Shown here piece after piece: positions 25,195 to 38,654 of a DNA stretch of 64,000 nt. Origin of the DNA: Felis catus (taxonomy: Eukaryota). The notes below the pieces were generated by a model. That model saw nothing but the letters and a program-made list of their open reading frames with translations. It had not been told where the DNA came from and searched no databases. The stretch lies in NCBI RefSeq assembly GCF_018350175.1, contig NC_058373.1, positions 118,422,001 to 118,486,000 of the forward strand, in the 5' to 3' direction. Both the position numbers and the translations under genes were made by a program. Position 1 is the first letter of the stretch. Each line of letters opens with the position of its first letter.

Positions 25195-25895
25195 TGGAGA
25201 AATCAAAAGGCATCTACTTATTACTAGGTACCTATGAGAATTATGCTGTGCACATTACATATATTGTATTTAATCCTGATAATAATCTTGTGAGATGGGT
25301 ATCATCAGCAGCTCAATTTTACAGATAAGAAAACTGAGGCACCAAGAAATCAAGTGACTTAATCCAGGCTAAGCAGATATCCAAGCTATCACACTGTACT
25401 GGAAGTTAAGATGAAACAACAAAGAACTTGGGGCTATCATTTCAATTCCAATCTTCTTTTTTCCTTCCGAGCAGAATCTCTGAGAACTTAACTGTTCAGG
25501 TCAAGAACATAAACTTTGGAGAGACATCACTTCAAACAGAACTATTTAAGTTTAATCTGCCTAAATTAAGGCATTAAATTGTTAAATAATAAAATCGTTT
25601 CTGAGGCTGTATAATCTAGAATATTGGCAATTTGGCAGACCCTATTAATGTCATCATAAAATTAAGTTTTGAGTCCAAAGCACTCATTCTAGGGGGAAGG
25701 AAAAAAAAAAAGTACCTTAAGGATGAAGCTTGGGATAAGGGCCAGTTTTGATGTTTGCAACTCTTCTTCAATAAAAGTTCAAAATGAAGAAACATGGGTG
25801 CCAAAAATCAGGGCCAAGGAAATATAGCAAAGCTGCTTAAATTATCCGCTTTTAGCCAATACTAATAAATTCTAGCTCCTAACCTAACAAAACTC

Positions 25896-26114
25896 TTTTT
25901 TTTTTTAAGTTTATTCATTTATTTTGAGAGAAAGTGTGCATGTGCATGCACAGTGGGGGTAATGGGGTGGGGAGTGGGGCAGCAGAGAACCCCAAGCAGG
26001 CTCCACAGTCAGGGCAGAACCCAACTCAGGGTTCAATCTCATGAACTGTGAGATCATGACCTGATCTGAAATCAAGAGTTGAACACTTAACCAACTGAGC
26101 CACCTAGGAGTCCC
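25896..26114 (-). mobile_element. Can-SINE
   Basis: TSD core ctaacaaaa. Confidence 0.9.
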
Positions 26115-26572
26115 TAACAAAAATCTTTAAAATAAAGTATTTACAAGAGGAGTCACAAGCTCTTGCTAGGATCTTTTGCCCCTTTCTAACAGCTTATAAC
26201 CATTAATAGCAACTTTCACAGCAAGCAGGTCTTAACACACTTTAAAGTGGTGTTTCAGAACAATGTAATATGCCAAAGGTAAGGAAAGAAGCATGAGTTA
26301 ATCATTCACATGAGGATTAAAGGTAGGTACTCACAGGTATAGTCACACATGATGCTAGATGTGTTCTGCAAGCAAGGCATAGGTTTTTTTCCCCTCTGTC
26401 TGAACTGTCCTCTTTTTGAAAGTATAAATAACATTAAAACACTTTATTGTTGAAGACAATGCAAGTGAAATGAGTTCTAGGATGGATAAATTGATAGAGA
26501 TGCAGCTAGAAAAGAAGATCTTTAACCTGTTTTTCTCTCCATGGAACTAGAACCTAAAATGAAACTGATGTA

Positions 26573-26809
26573 GGGGCGCCTGGGTGGCGCAGTCGGTTAA
26601 GCGGCCGACTTCAGCCAGGTCACGATCTCGCGGTCCGTGAGTTCGAGCCCCGCGTCAGGCTCTGGGCTGATGGCTCAGAGCCTGGAGCCTGTTTCCGATT
26701 CTGTGTCTCCCTCTCTCTCTGCCCCTCCCCCGTTCATGCTCTGTCTCTCTCTGTCCCAAAAATAAATAAACGTTGAAAAAAAAAAATTAAAAAAAAAAAA
26801 AAAAAGAAA
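26573..26809 (+). mobile_element. Young SINEC_Fc
   Basis: CpG-rich near-consensus copy; TSD gaaactgatgta. Confidence 0.96.
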
Positions 26810-26964
26810 GAAACTGATGTAGACTTCATGTGGGAATGGAAACTAGTAGTCTTTTTAAAATACAACTTGCCTATCCATCTACAGATTTTTAAATGAGCAT
26901 ATATCTAGAAATTTATCACACAAAAATCATCAGACCAATCAGATAATTTATGGTATATCTATAC

Positions 26965-27151
26965 CACTGGTTCTCATCAGTGATTCTACATCAGAGTCAC
27001 CCTCAGAGCTTGTAGGACCATAGACTGGCTGGGCCCTAACAGAAGAGTTTGTAATTCTGTAGGTCTGGATGGAGGCTAAGAATTTACATGTCTATAACAT
27101 TTCCAGGTAACCCTGATACTGCTGCTCCAACGACCACACCAAGAACCACTG
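26965..27151 (+). mobile_element. MER5A hAT DNA transposon with intact 8-bp TSD
   Basis: cactggttct...agaaccactg termini; atctatac at 26957-26964 and 27152-27159. Confidence 0.88.
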
Positions 27152-27266
27152 ATCTATACAACGTACTTCTATGAAGCCATTAATAGTGAAGTAGATCTAT
27201 ATTGATACTATATACATATGTGTGAATGTGAGTTTAAGTGTGAGTGTGTATGTGTGTGTGTGTATG

Positions 27267-27447
27267 CAGTAGTGTGCTGATAACTGGCTCTGGATGGATT
27301 TAGGCAGAGAGAAAGAAGCCCTGATTTATAGCATTTGCCAATTTCTGTGGTGTAACTATTCCCACTGTAGCTAATATCAAGTTATCAATGATTTTGGCTT
27401 GCATAATTATTTAATTACTGGTTCTGGTAAGCCAATGCACACCATGT
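27267..27447. mobile_element. MER63-like hAT element
   Basis: cagtagtgtgc...gcacaccatg termini; aagccctgatttatagcatttgccaatttctgtggtgtaa internal motif. Confidence 0.7.
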
Positions 27448-27983
27448 AGAAAAATATCTAAAAGGATATAAGGTAAAACTGTAATAGCAATTATCTCTGA
27501 GTAGAAGGATTATGGGAATTTTATTTTATCATTTTCTGTTTTCTCAACTGCTTTATAACATTCTTACTTTTATAATAAAAAGCTATTAACAGTTTAAAAA
27601 ATAAAATGGAGTTATCAATTTAGATTAGAGTTCTTGACAGTTGAAATTTAGCAGCCCCTCTATCAGAAGGGACAAGGATATTTAAATACAGATCTATCCA
27701 CTATTCTTCCACTATCCTTTACTAACCAGGCCTTGCCAAAGTGAGAAAAAGAGAGAGCGAGCAAATAAGAGAATAAGGCCTAAATGGGAATTCTTTAAAG
27801 TCTAGCCCTGCAACATCGAGGTGTTAATAGCAACCATAGAATTCAAGCGGAAAATAAACTGAGACAGCTGCAACTTACTACTATAAGCCCAGTTTCACAA
27901 AGGGAGTAAGAGCATAATCCCTCTAGCCTTGCCTCATCAAAATGTAGGCTTAGGCTTAACAGTTCACCAAAGTATTGTTAATG

Positions 27984-28019
<36 letters not shown>

Positions 28020-28326
28020 ATATATATCCCACAATATAAGATCAAATAACTTAAAGCCATAAAATGAAATGATATGCACCTATTACATGGTAATATAGAT
28101 ACATTCCCAAAAACACAGGAAAATGGTCATAAATCATTGTGGAATGGAAAGTGTACATTACAAAACTGGGTATATGATCCTATTAATAAACAAAAATACA
28201 CATTTGTGTATAAATTTATATGTGTATGAATATTTAAAGACCAGAAAGATATAGCCAAAGTTAACAATAATTATCTCTGGACGAGGGTATTATAGATGAT
28301 CTGCATTTTCAAAAATATCTACAACA

Positions 28327-29046
28327 GGGACGCCTGGGTGGTTCACTTAGTTGAGCACCCAACTCTTGATTTTGGTTCAGATTATGATCCCTGGGTCAGG
28401 CTCGGCACTGAGCGTGGAGCCTGCTTAAGATTCTCTCTCTCTCCACCTCCTCCTCCCCGACACAGGTACACGCTTGCTCGTTCTCTCTCCCCCTCTCTCT
28501 TGAAAATAAAAAATAAAAAATATAAATTAAAAAAATATACCTACAGGGGTGCCTGGGTAGCTCAGTCAGTTGAGCGTCTGACATCAGCTCAAGTCATGTC
28601 TTTCAGTCCGTAAGTTGGAGCCCTATGTTGGGCTCTGTACGGACAGCTCAGAGCCTGGAGCCTGCTTTGGACTCTGTGTCTTCCTCTCTCTCTGCCCCTC
28701 CCCTAGCTCACTCTCTCTCTCTCTCTTAAAACTAAACATTTAAAAAAAATTGGAGGGGTGGCACCTGGGTGGATCAGTCGGTTAAGCATCCAACTCTTGG
28801 TTTCTGCTCAGGTCATTACCTCATGATTCAGGAGTTCAACCCCCGACATTGGATGCCATGCTTACAGTGCGGAGCCTGCTTGGGATTCTCTCTCTCCCTC
28901 ACTCTCTGCCCCTCCCTTGCTCATGCTCTCTTTCTCTCTCAAAATAAATAATAAACTCAAAAAATTACAAAAAATACTCTGTACAAAAAATTGTCTTAAT
29001 ACATCTACAAAAAAAAAAAAAACAATAACAAAAAAAGACAAATTTA
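28327..29046 (+). mobile_element. Three stacked Can-SINEs within one outer TSD
   Basis: Heads at 28327, 28546 and about 28755; aaaaatatctacaaca at 28311-28326 and 29047-29062. Confidence 0.9.
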
Positions 29047-29089
29047 AAAAATATCTACAACAAATATGTATGATTTGGGTAAATTTTTT

Positions 29090-29683
29090 ACTCAACATGC
29101 AAGGGAAATGCAAATGGTATCAAGTAAATAAAGAGATGTCAAATCTCATGTTCAATCACATAAATATAAATTAAAACAAAATACTACTTTATACCCATCA
29201 GATTGCAAGACTAAACAGATGGATAAGACCAAACGCTGGTAAGGATTTAAGGAAATGGGAACCCTTATACAGTGCTGGTGGGAGCATAAACTAGGCAACC
29301 ATTCTAGAAAACAATCTGGCAATATTTAGTAAAATTAATTATGTATACAGACCATATGTCAGCAATTCCTTTCCTCAGTATATACCACAAAGAAACCTTT
29401 GCACAAGTCAAAAGTATAAGGAAATGCATAGCAGTACTTTTGTGTTAGCAGTTTCCAAGCCACACCTAAAAATCCACTAAAGAAACAAATAAATAAAATG
29501 TAGAAATGTGCATACAATGGAATATTATACAACTGTCAATAGTTATAGATTTTTGTTTTTTTAAGTAGGCTTCACACTGAGCATGGAGTCCAATGCAGGG
29601 TTTGAACTCATGACCCTGAGACCAAGACCTGAGCTGAGATCAAGAGTCAGACTCTTAACCTACTGAGTCATCCACATGCCCCT
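29090..29683 (+). mobile_element. L1ME-like ORF2 3' fragment plus short old Can-SINE (about 29550-29683, minus)
   Basis: cagtgctggtgggagcataaact...agcaattcc motifs. Confidence 0.7.
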
Positions 29684-30046
29684 AAACTAAATTTTAAATA
29701 TGTTTAAATCTTAAGAGAGCACTGAGCAAAAAAGAACAAGTGAGATTCACAACACAACACCATTATATCAAAGTCCCAAAATTCATGCCATTTTACCTTG
29801 CATAAGCAAAAGCTCACCTTCACAACTAAATTTAGAAATCTTTTTGCTTCCAAGAGTAATAGTGTCCAGTTTCTGCAGCTGACTGATGTTTTTGAACAGA
29901 TGAAACATTTTCACTACTAATGAATATCCCTTTTACTACAAATAAAGTAAACCTCACATAAATTTCTAAAGTAAATTCAATGACTGATTCCCTACCTATT
30001 ATAATTTTATAAGTAATAACTAAAAATAGTAAGAACAGATGCTTTA

Positions 30047-30247
30047 ATTTTTTTTTTTTTTTTTTAATTTTAGAGTGAGAACATGAGCAGGGGAGAGGGG
30101 CAGAGGGACAGAGAGAGAGAATCCCAAGCAGGCTCCACACCCGGTATGGAGCTTGACACAGGGTTTGATCCCATGACCCTGGGATTATGATCTGAGCTGA
30201 AATAAAGAGTCAGATGCTCAACTGACTTAGCCACCCAGCCACCCCCA
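30047..30247 (-). mobile_element. Can-SINE
   Basis: Reverse SINE with approximate TSD a(a/g)gaa(c/t)agatgc. Confidence 0.9.
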
Positions 30248-30708
30248 GGAATAGATGCCTTTTACTGAAAGCCTACATGGTACTGCACCGTACAAATAGA
30301 ATCTCTAATCCTTCTAATAATCCTGAGAGATAAACACAGCACATTAATAAACTATCTCAGAGAGATTAATTGATTTGCCTAACACCACACATTTATTGTG
30401 TAGTGAAACTAAGAATCAAATCAAGTCTGTCAACTATGAAGTCCATGCTCTTCCACTCTAGCACAACGTCTAATAATATCTCCTTGTCACACTTCCAATG
30501 CAGCAGGCACTGTAGTAGGTACTTACATAAATTATCTCCTTCACATTTGACAATTACCCTAAAAGTCAGGTATTATTAACCCCATTTCACAGATGAGAAA
30601 ACAGATGCTTACATATTTAAAACCATGCCCAAGTTCCCAAAATTCAAGCTAAGGTTTGCCCTGCATAAGCAAAAGCTCACCTTCACAACTAAATTTAAAA
30701 TTCCTTTT

Positions 30709-31167
30709 GGGACTCCTGAGTGGCTCAGTCGATTAGGCACTGGACTCTCAATTTCAGCTCAGGTCATGATCTCAGATTGTGAGATCAAGCCCCCCCATCA
30801 AGACCTGCACTGGGCATGAAGCCTGCTTAAGATTTTTCTCTTTTTCTCTCCCCTGCTCACATGTGGGCACCCTCTTTCTCTCTAAAAAAAAAAAAAAAAA
30901 AAAAAAATCAGAGATGGAAACTGGTGCATTCTGGAAAACATTATGGAGGTTCCTCAAAAAATTAATAATATAACTACCCTACGACCCAGTAATTGCACTA
31001 CTAAGTATTTATTCAAAGGATACAGGAGTGCTGATTCAAAGGGGCACATGCCATGCACCCCAATGTTTCTAGCAGTGCTATTGACAATAGCCAAAGTATT
31101 GACAGAGCCCAAATTATTACTATATGTTAACTTGGATTTATATTTTAAGATATATATATAATATTAG
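30709..31167 (+). mobile_element. Can-SINE plus internally deleted L1 3' fragment within one TSD
   Basis: taaaattccttttg at 30696-30709 and 31168-31181. Confidence 0.8.
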
Positions 31168-31293
31168 TAAAATTCCTTTTGTTTCCCACAATACCCAGTA
31201 AGATGTTACTATATATTCATAAAGCACCTATGTACCAAATATCATACTGAAGTCAAATGAATTTTTCAAGGAAAATGAATGCAATCATATAAT

Positions 31294-31706
31294 TGTGACA
31301 GATTCTATTAACTGGCTGCCTAAAAAGCCATTCCCAAATCCTTCCTTCCTCCTTGCCTCTCACTATAGAGGCCAAAAGCTACTTACAGTTAGAAGTGACT
31401 ATAGGACCCAATTTGGGCCCAGGAGACATTAGAAGTAACTTGCTAGAAGCACTAATAGGAAAGCTTTTGCTCAGCCTGGACCTTTTGCCTTCCTCCTTAA
31501 ATGTGGGTGGAAGTCTGAAGCTGGAGCTGTCTTAGGGCCATGAAGGCCAAGCAAATCACAAAGATATGGGCCCCAACACTGTTAAGCCACTGAAACAACA
31601 TGAGCAACTGCCTACTTCCAGAATTATGTAAGAAAAACAGACCTTTCTTTGTTTAAGCCTTGTAGTCAGGTTTTCAATTACTTAGAGTTGGATACAATCC
31701 TTATAC
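31294..31706 (+). mobile_element. MLT1 (MaLR) solo LTR
   Basis: TG...CA ends; ttgtttaagcc...gtcaggttttc...ttact 3' motif. Confidence 0.7.
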
Positions 31707-32976
31707 ACCACCATATCAGAAACTCTACCACAACTTTAACTGTAATTTCCTGACAAATAACTAAAACCAAAGTTACTTGCTAGTCCTAAATCAGTCTGAC
31801 AAAGTTATAATCTCCTGATAAGGACTATTCTAAGTATTTGCTCAGACAGCTTTAGGAAGTCTGAGCTGAGGGAAGAATGACAGAAAACAAGAATACAGAA
31901 TCAGGAAGATCCAGGGGCTCTGAATTGCACACATGGTAGGAGCTCAGACTCTCAAAACAATTACCAAGAGTATATCATCAAGAGGGCCATCCCCTCAAAT
32001 AATAACTTAAGCCTTCAAGAGTAAACTTCAAAACAAAAACCTGGGAACATTAAGACCACTGTCTCCCCAAATTCATATTGCTAATATTCTTAGGTATGAT
32101 ACGGTATTGGGAGTTAAATAGAAAAATAATTTGCTTTTATTACATATTTATTGAAGTATAATGACCTTTTTTTTTAGAAGATGGACACTTAAGTACTTAG
32201 GGATGAAGTATAATGATGCCTGCAACTTTCTTTCATGGTTCACAGAAAAAAATACACATGTATTAGAATATATATATAAAGCATATATATAAAGTATGAC
32301 AAAATATTTAAGTTACTGAATTATCAGAGAGATACAGATGTTCAATGTACTCTTCTTTCAACATTCTTACACACTTGAAATGTCTCATAATAAAAGTTGG
32401 CATTAATGTTAGTTTCCTGGCTTGGGCATTTTGCTATAACTATGTAAAATATAACCACTGGGGAAAACTAGGTAAAAGTCACACCAGACCTCTCCTCTTT
32501 TTACAACTTCCTATGAATCTAGAACTATATCAAAATAAAATGTTAAAACCAAAGTACTGAGAAGACTTTTTGTTTGGTAATAGGATAAACAAACACCTCC
32601 CTTTATCTCTCACTGAACTATAAAACCTGGACAGTATGCATCAACAACTATTTGAAGACCCTGAAAAGTAAATATTACAGGTGGATTTGGGAACAGCACC
32701 AGAATTCAAAGTATCACTGAACCTGCTGTGAACTTAACATTTCTTTCCTCTAGTATTTTCCAGCCTAAACTCAACACAATCCAAAACTCAGAAGTGAGCA
32801 CTATGGCGCAGGTGGTGAGAAATACAGAAGAAGCCCTCTAGCTCTCGCTCAAAGCTAGAAAAGGGAACGTGTAACGCTCAGAAAAAGTGAGGATTCCCAA
32901 ATCCTTTGGGAATTTTTCCTCTCTTTCTCCCCATCCTTTCATGTTCCAGTCCCCCGGTCTTCTGTGGTGAGTACAG

Positions 32977-32980
<4 letters not shown>

Positions 32981-33007
<27 letters not shown>
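32981..33007. repeat. (GCA)9 trinucleotide repeat
   Basis: Directly visible, inside an old L1M-like segment. Confidence 0.95.
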
Positions 33008-34099
33008 AGAGTATCTGAAAATAGAAAGCCTCCAGGGGTGAAAATTTAGAGGGGAACCTTCCTCTCCATTCAATGGAGCCCTTGCCTCCAAGTGGACAGG
33101 ACAAACTCCATTTTTTTTTTCCTTTTCTCTGTGTCCTCAGGGAAATGAGTCCATAAAGTTGTTTATGAACTCTGAGCTCACCCTCAACTTATGTAGGTAT
33201 GGACCCAATGTAATACATAACAAAAACTTTGAAAACTGAGATAATGGGTAGAGCTCCATCCAGAAGTAATCACTATCAGGGTCATCCAAGTGCCTCATTC
33301 ATAAGGCTATTCCATTCACTTAAGCAATAAGTATTGGATGAATAAGGCCCCTTCTTTGTCCTCAAGGAGGTAGCAGTCTAGGATAGGATGTAGTAAATAA
33401 CTGCAATTTAGTTTGAGAGCTGCTATAATAAAGGTACGTACTAGATACAGAGTTATTGCAGAAGATGAAGCAATTCAATGGACAAGCTAGGGAGCACTTC
33501 AGAGAAGTGATTTAGCTGGAGCTTAAATGATATATTGTGGTACCCCTAAAAAGACAAGGTGGGCAGGACACAGCATTCTGGGAAGTAGGAAGAGCTGGCA
33601 AAAGCTCAAAGGCAGAAAAGCATCGTATATTAAAGGAACTACAAGGAATTTGGTGAGAATAATCTTAAAGGAAGCACTGAAAAAAAAAACCCGTAAAAAT
33701 AAACAGAAGCACTGAGCTGTAAGATTGAAGTGTAGCTAGAAAACAGATAAAAAGTGTAGGTCCATAAAGGTACAGCTCCTTAAACATCACATTAAGAAAT
33801 TTACCTTTTCTTCACAGATAGCAAAGTATAATTATGAATGGTACAATCAGACCTGTGACTAAGGATAATTCTAGATGTTTTCTATTTTCTGACTGTTGTG
33901 GACTAGAACAGTGACTTCCAAACTTTTTTGATCCCATACCCATTACTAAAAACTTTTGAGTATATCCCCTCAATATATGTATATTTATTACATTTAGACA
34001 TTATTATGGTCAAATATATTAAATGTATAAATATATTAAATGTACAAAGTAGAAAGTGTTTAAATGATGACATAATAAATAAAATAATAGATGAAAAGT

Positions 34100-34910
34100 A
34101 GAAATAATTCAAATGCCCATCAACTGATGAATTAACTTTTTAAATTGGTATATCCAGCATTAGATGGTATATGCCTGGCTGGCTCAATCAGTAGAGCATG
34201 TGACTCCTGATATCAGGGTTGTAGGTTCAAGCCCCATGCTGGGTGTAGAGATCACTTAAAAATAAAATCAGGGGTGCCTGGATGGCTCAGTCAGTTGAGC
34301 ATCTGACACCTGGTTTCAGTTCAGGTCATGATCTCATAGTTTGTGGCTTTGAGCCCCACATCAGACTCCGTGCTGACAGTGCAGAGCCTGCTTGGGATTC
34401 TCTCTCACTCTCTCTCTCTGCCCCTTCCCCACTCACTCTCTCTGTTTCTCAAAACAAACTTTTAAAAAATTTAATAAAATAAAATCATAAATTTATAAAT
34501 TCATAAATAAATAAATAAAATTGGTATATCCATACAACAGAATACTACTCAATAATAAAAAGGAACAATGCTGATACATGCTACAATATAATGGCCCTCA
34601 AGAACATTAAGGTAAGTAAAAGAAGCTGGACACAAGACCACATGTTGTATGATTCCATTTATATCAAATCTCCAGGAAAAGCAAATTTTTAGAGACAGAA
34701 AGTAGATTTATGATTACCTGAGGCTGGGGTTAGAAATAAGAATTGACTACAAATAGGCAGAAGGGATTTCTAGGAGGTGATGAAAATGTTCTAAAACTGA
34801 ATTGTGGTGATGACTATACAACTTTGTAAATTTACTAAAAATCACTGATTTGTACCCTTACAAGTGAATTTTATGTATATAAATTATTTGTCAATAAAAC
34901 TGCTTGAAAA
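34100..34910 (+). mobile_element. L1MB/MC 3' end with two Can-SINEs (about 34169-34510)
   Basis: tgtatgattccatttata...gagacagaaagtaga...aatgttctaaaactga motifs. Confidence 0.8.
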
Positions 34911-35261
34911 CAAAAACTAAACATAATGTGAATATTTTAATGTAGAAATCTATGCAAAGTAAGTTCCTAATTGCCTAGAAAACAGAAAGGTGGAAGTAAA
35001 AAGGTTGTTAAGGGGCCTAATTTACGGTCAAAAGACACCATGGAGACCTAAATGTAAGACAGTGATAGTGAGAACGCAAAGAGGACTTGCTTCAAGTTAA
35101 AATGCAGAGTAAGGCTATCAAATTATCACATCAAAAATTACTGAGATTACATATTTAACAGGTACATATTACATCAATAAAATAAACAATATTCTTATTA
35201 ATCTTAAAATTCCAAAAACCAGACCCAATCAATACAATCTCAGCTTTGCTCTGGTGAAAGA

Positions 35262-35441
35262 ATTTTTTTATTTTTAAACGTTTATTTATTTTGAGAGAGA
35301 GAGGGAGAGAGAGAATCCCAAGCAAGCTCAGCACTATCAGCACAGAACCTATGCGGGGCTCCAACTTGCGAGTCGTGAGATCATGACCTGAGCCAAAACC
35401 AAGAGTCAGATGTTTAATTGACTGAGACACCCAGATGCCCC
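35262..35441 (-). mobile_element. Can-SINE
   Basis: Reverse head and T tail. Confidence 0.9.
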
Positions 35442-35842
35442 AAGAGTTAATTTTTTAATTTAGTACCCTGAGATCTGAGAAATTCCTTCTAATGGCATTG
35501 TCATTACTTTACAGACTTAGCTCTGTAAGGTACTCAAGCCTCTATTCTCCTTCTTAATCAATGTGTCACAAATCAGATAAAATGCAACATGCTGGACAGT
35601 GGTACAGTTTTATGATATGTATAACCACTTTTTCTTATATGATTAATAGACTCTGAAAATAACACATTTTTCATTCCATTATGTTTTTCTGTTAAACAGA
35701 ACTTTTTAATATATATAAACTAGTATTAACACATAATACTCAAAAAGAGGAGATGTGACTTAAATATCAATGTCAAAATACCTGATTAATCTTTAACTCA
35801 CCCCTCACTGCTCATTCTAACCCTGGTTTTATTAAGCGCTGA

Positions 35843-36067
35843 TTTTTTTTTTCAAAAAAATTTTTTAACGTTTATTTATTTTTAAGACAGAGAGAGACAG
35901 AGCATGAATGGGGGAGGGTCAGAGAGAGGGAGACACAGAATCTGAAACAGGCTCCAGGCTCTGAGCTGTCAGCACAGAGCCCGACGCGGGGCTCGAACTC
36001 ATGGACTGCGAGATCATGACCTGAGCCAAAGTCGGCCGCTTAACCGACTGAGCCACCCAGGTGCCCC
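35843..36067 (-). mobile_element. Can-SINE
   Basis: TSD ttaagc(g/a)ctgatttt. Confidence 0.95.
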
Positions 36068-36650
36068 TTAAGCACTGATTTTCTAATTTACCTCTAACTA
36101 CTGTCAAAATTGGACTTTCCTGATATTTATCCAGTTTTAAGACTTTCAAGAGATTCAAAGATGTCAAAATTCTTAAAGTCTCTTTTTTCCAAAGATTAAA
36201 TTATCCCAGTGGGAGGGGGAGTTCTGATTTCCTCCTGCTATAGTCAGAAAAGGCTTTTAAGATTCATCTTTCTTATAGTTTTTTCTTATAAATTCAAACA
36301 GTTATTTGAAATTCAGAATTAATGAACAAGTTTTCTTTTCCACAGATAGATGATGAAAGAAAAACATCTCTGTAAAATATCTCCATTAATGACAGCATGA
36401 CTTTCTTCCAATCAGACCTCAACAATTTTCCTCACCTGTTCACTTCTCTTATCCTTAGATCACTAATATGAATGTTTACCGATTAACATACAATCTGTAT
36501 CCTAATGAACAGGGACCTAGGAAGTTTTTACTGTCAATCCTCTGACACAGACTCCTCAATTTGTAAATTTGTAAAAGTAACTTGGAGTTAGTAAACTTCC
36601 AAACTTTCTCAGAAGCTAACATTTCTTTAAAATATTATAATCAGGTTAAC

Positions 36651-36860
36651 GGGGCGCCTGGGTGGCTCAGCTGGTTAAGCATCCGACTTCAGCCAGGTCA
36701 CGATCTCGCGGTCTGTGAGTTCGAGCCCTGCGTCAGGCTCTGGGCTGATGGCTCAGAGCCTGGAGCCTGCTTCCGATTCTGTGTCTCCCTCTCTCTCTGC
36801 CCCTCCCCCATTCATGCTCTGTCTCTGTCTCAAAAATAAAACGTTAAAAAAAATTTTTTT
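36651..36860 (+). mobile_element. Young SINEC_Fc-type SINE
   Basis: TSD aatattataatcaggttaa. Confidence 0.95.
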
Positions 36861-37100
36861 AATATTATAATCAGGTTAAAATCAAGATAAATCTATACTT
36901 TTAACGATACCTTATAATGTAAAATAATCTTGTCTTGATGAACGATTCAGCTATTACAATATTACTGAATTGACAAAAAGAAAACTTAGTACTTCACGTA
37001 ACATGAAACATCATCCTATGCGTCAAAAGGCAAGACCTCCTTGGCAAAATGCAGAAAATAAGCCTAGCTCTATTAAACACTATAAATAGTTATGCATTAA

Positions 37101-37255
37101 GGGTGCCCAGGTCATTCAGTCAGTTGAGTGTCCAATTCTTGATTTCAGCTCAGGTCATGGGTATGGGACTGAGCCCTGAGCCAGGCTCCACACTTAGTGT
37201 GGAGCCTACCTAAGATTCTCTTTCCCTCTGCCCCTCTTCCCTGCTTGCATGCTCT

Positions 37256-37289
<34 letters not shown>

Positions 37290-38000
37290 CATTAAAAAAC
37301 AATGTCCTATTCAACACTGTACTAGACATTCTAGCTAGAGAATTAAGAAAAAAAATAAAATAAATCCAACTTGGAAAGGAACAAGTGAAACTATTTTTAT
37401 AGAATGGATAAAAAAATGTGGTATATACATATAATAGAATATTATTTAGCCTTAAAAATGAAGGAAATTCTGGGGCGCCTGGGTGGCTCAGTTGGTGGAG
37501 CTTCCGACTTCAGCTCAGGTCATGATCTCACGGTTCGTGAGTTCGAGCACCGCATCAGGCTCTGGGCTGACAGCTTGGAGCTTGGAGCCTGCTTCGGATT
37601 CTGTGTCTCCCTCTCTCAACCCCGCCCCCACTTGATCTTCCCCTCCCCTCAAAAATAAACAAACATTTTTAAAAAATTTAAAACAAAAATGAAGGAAATT
37701 CTCACATATACTACATCAAATGTCCTTGAGGACATTATGCTCAGTGAAATAAGCCAGTCACAAAAAGACAATACTGTATGATTTCATTTATATGAGGTAC
37801 CTAGAGTAGTCTAATTCATTGACAGAAATAGAATCCTGGTTGCCAGGGGCAAGGGGATGGGAGTATAGGGAGTTGTTTAACAGGTATCAAGTTTCAGTTT
37901 CACAAGATGAAAAGTTCTAGAGATTGGGTTGTACAACAATGTGAATGTATTTACTGACATTACACTAAAAAAGAGTTAATATGGTAAATTTTATGCAATG
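37101..38000 (+). mobile_element. Can-SINE (37101-37288), then L1MB 3' fragment carrying a SINE (37472-37685)
   Basis: Inner TSD aaaaatgaaggaaattct; L1MB motif caagatgaaaagttctagagat. Confidence 0.85.
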
Positions 38001-38069
38001 CCAATCACTTCCTTACCACAAATTGTACACACTTTTGTTAAATATTTCATACACAAAAGGTGTTATACC

Positions 38070-38278
38070 TTTTTTTAAATTTTTTAATGTTTATTTTTCA
38101 GAGGGACAGAGCACAAGTGGGGGAGGGGCAGACAGTGAGGGGACACAGAATCTGAAGCAGGTTCCAGGCTCTGAGCTGTCAGCATAGAGCCCGATGCGGA
38201 GCTCGAACTCACAAGCTATGAGATCATGACCTAAGCTGAAGGTTGGAAGCTTAAACAACTAAGCCACCCGGGCACCCC
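38070..38278 (-). mobile_element. Can-SINE
   Basis: Reverse head and T tail. Confidence 0.9.
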
Positions 38279-38654
38279 AGTGTTCTAATTTTTAATAATG
38301 GGGTGGGGAGTTCCAGAGAAGAAAGTCACACAACTTCTGTTTTGCCAAAAATCTGTATAAGCATGAACTGAATGTCATTTTTCAATGGAGTGTCACTGCA
38401 ATTTTAGAGATGGGAATACTAAAGAAAAAAAAAGAATGCTGATGAGTAGGATAACCAATAACCCCAAAGAAATAAAATTTCTGCCTTCCACAATTATTCA
38501 AATTTTTTTTGCATGTTAAAAGAATATTTACATATTCATCTTTACAAAAGAACTTTTATCGTTTACCTCCTTCCATGGATTGAATAAAATGTCACAGAGT
38601 AAACACAATCATATTTGCAATTTCTATAGGTTTTTTAGAAGTTTTTATTGTTGT

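Noticed and set aside
32838..33104. Poly-Leu or poly-Gln coding repeat
   Set aside because: (GCA)9 lies in an old L1M-like segment with no exon context
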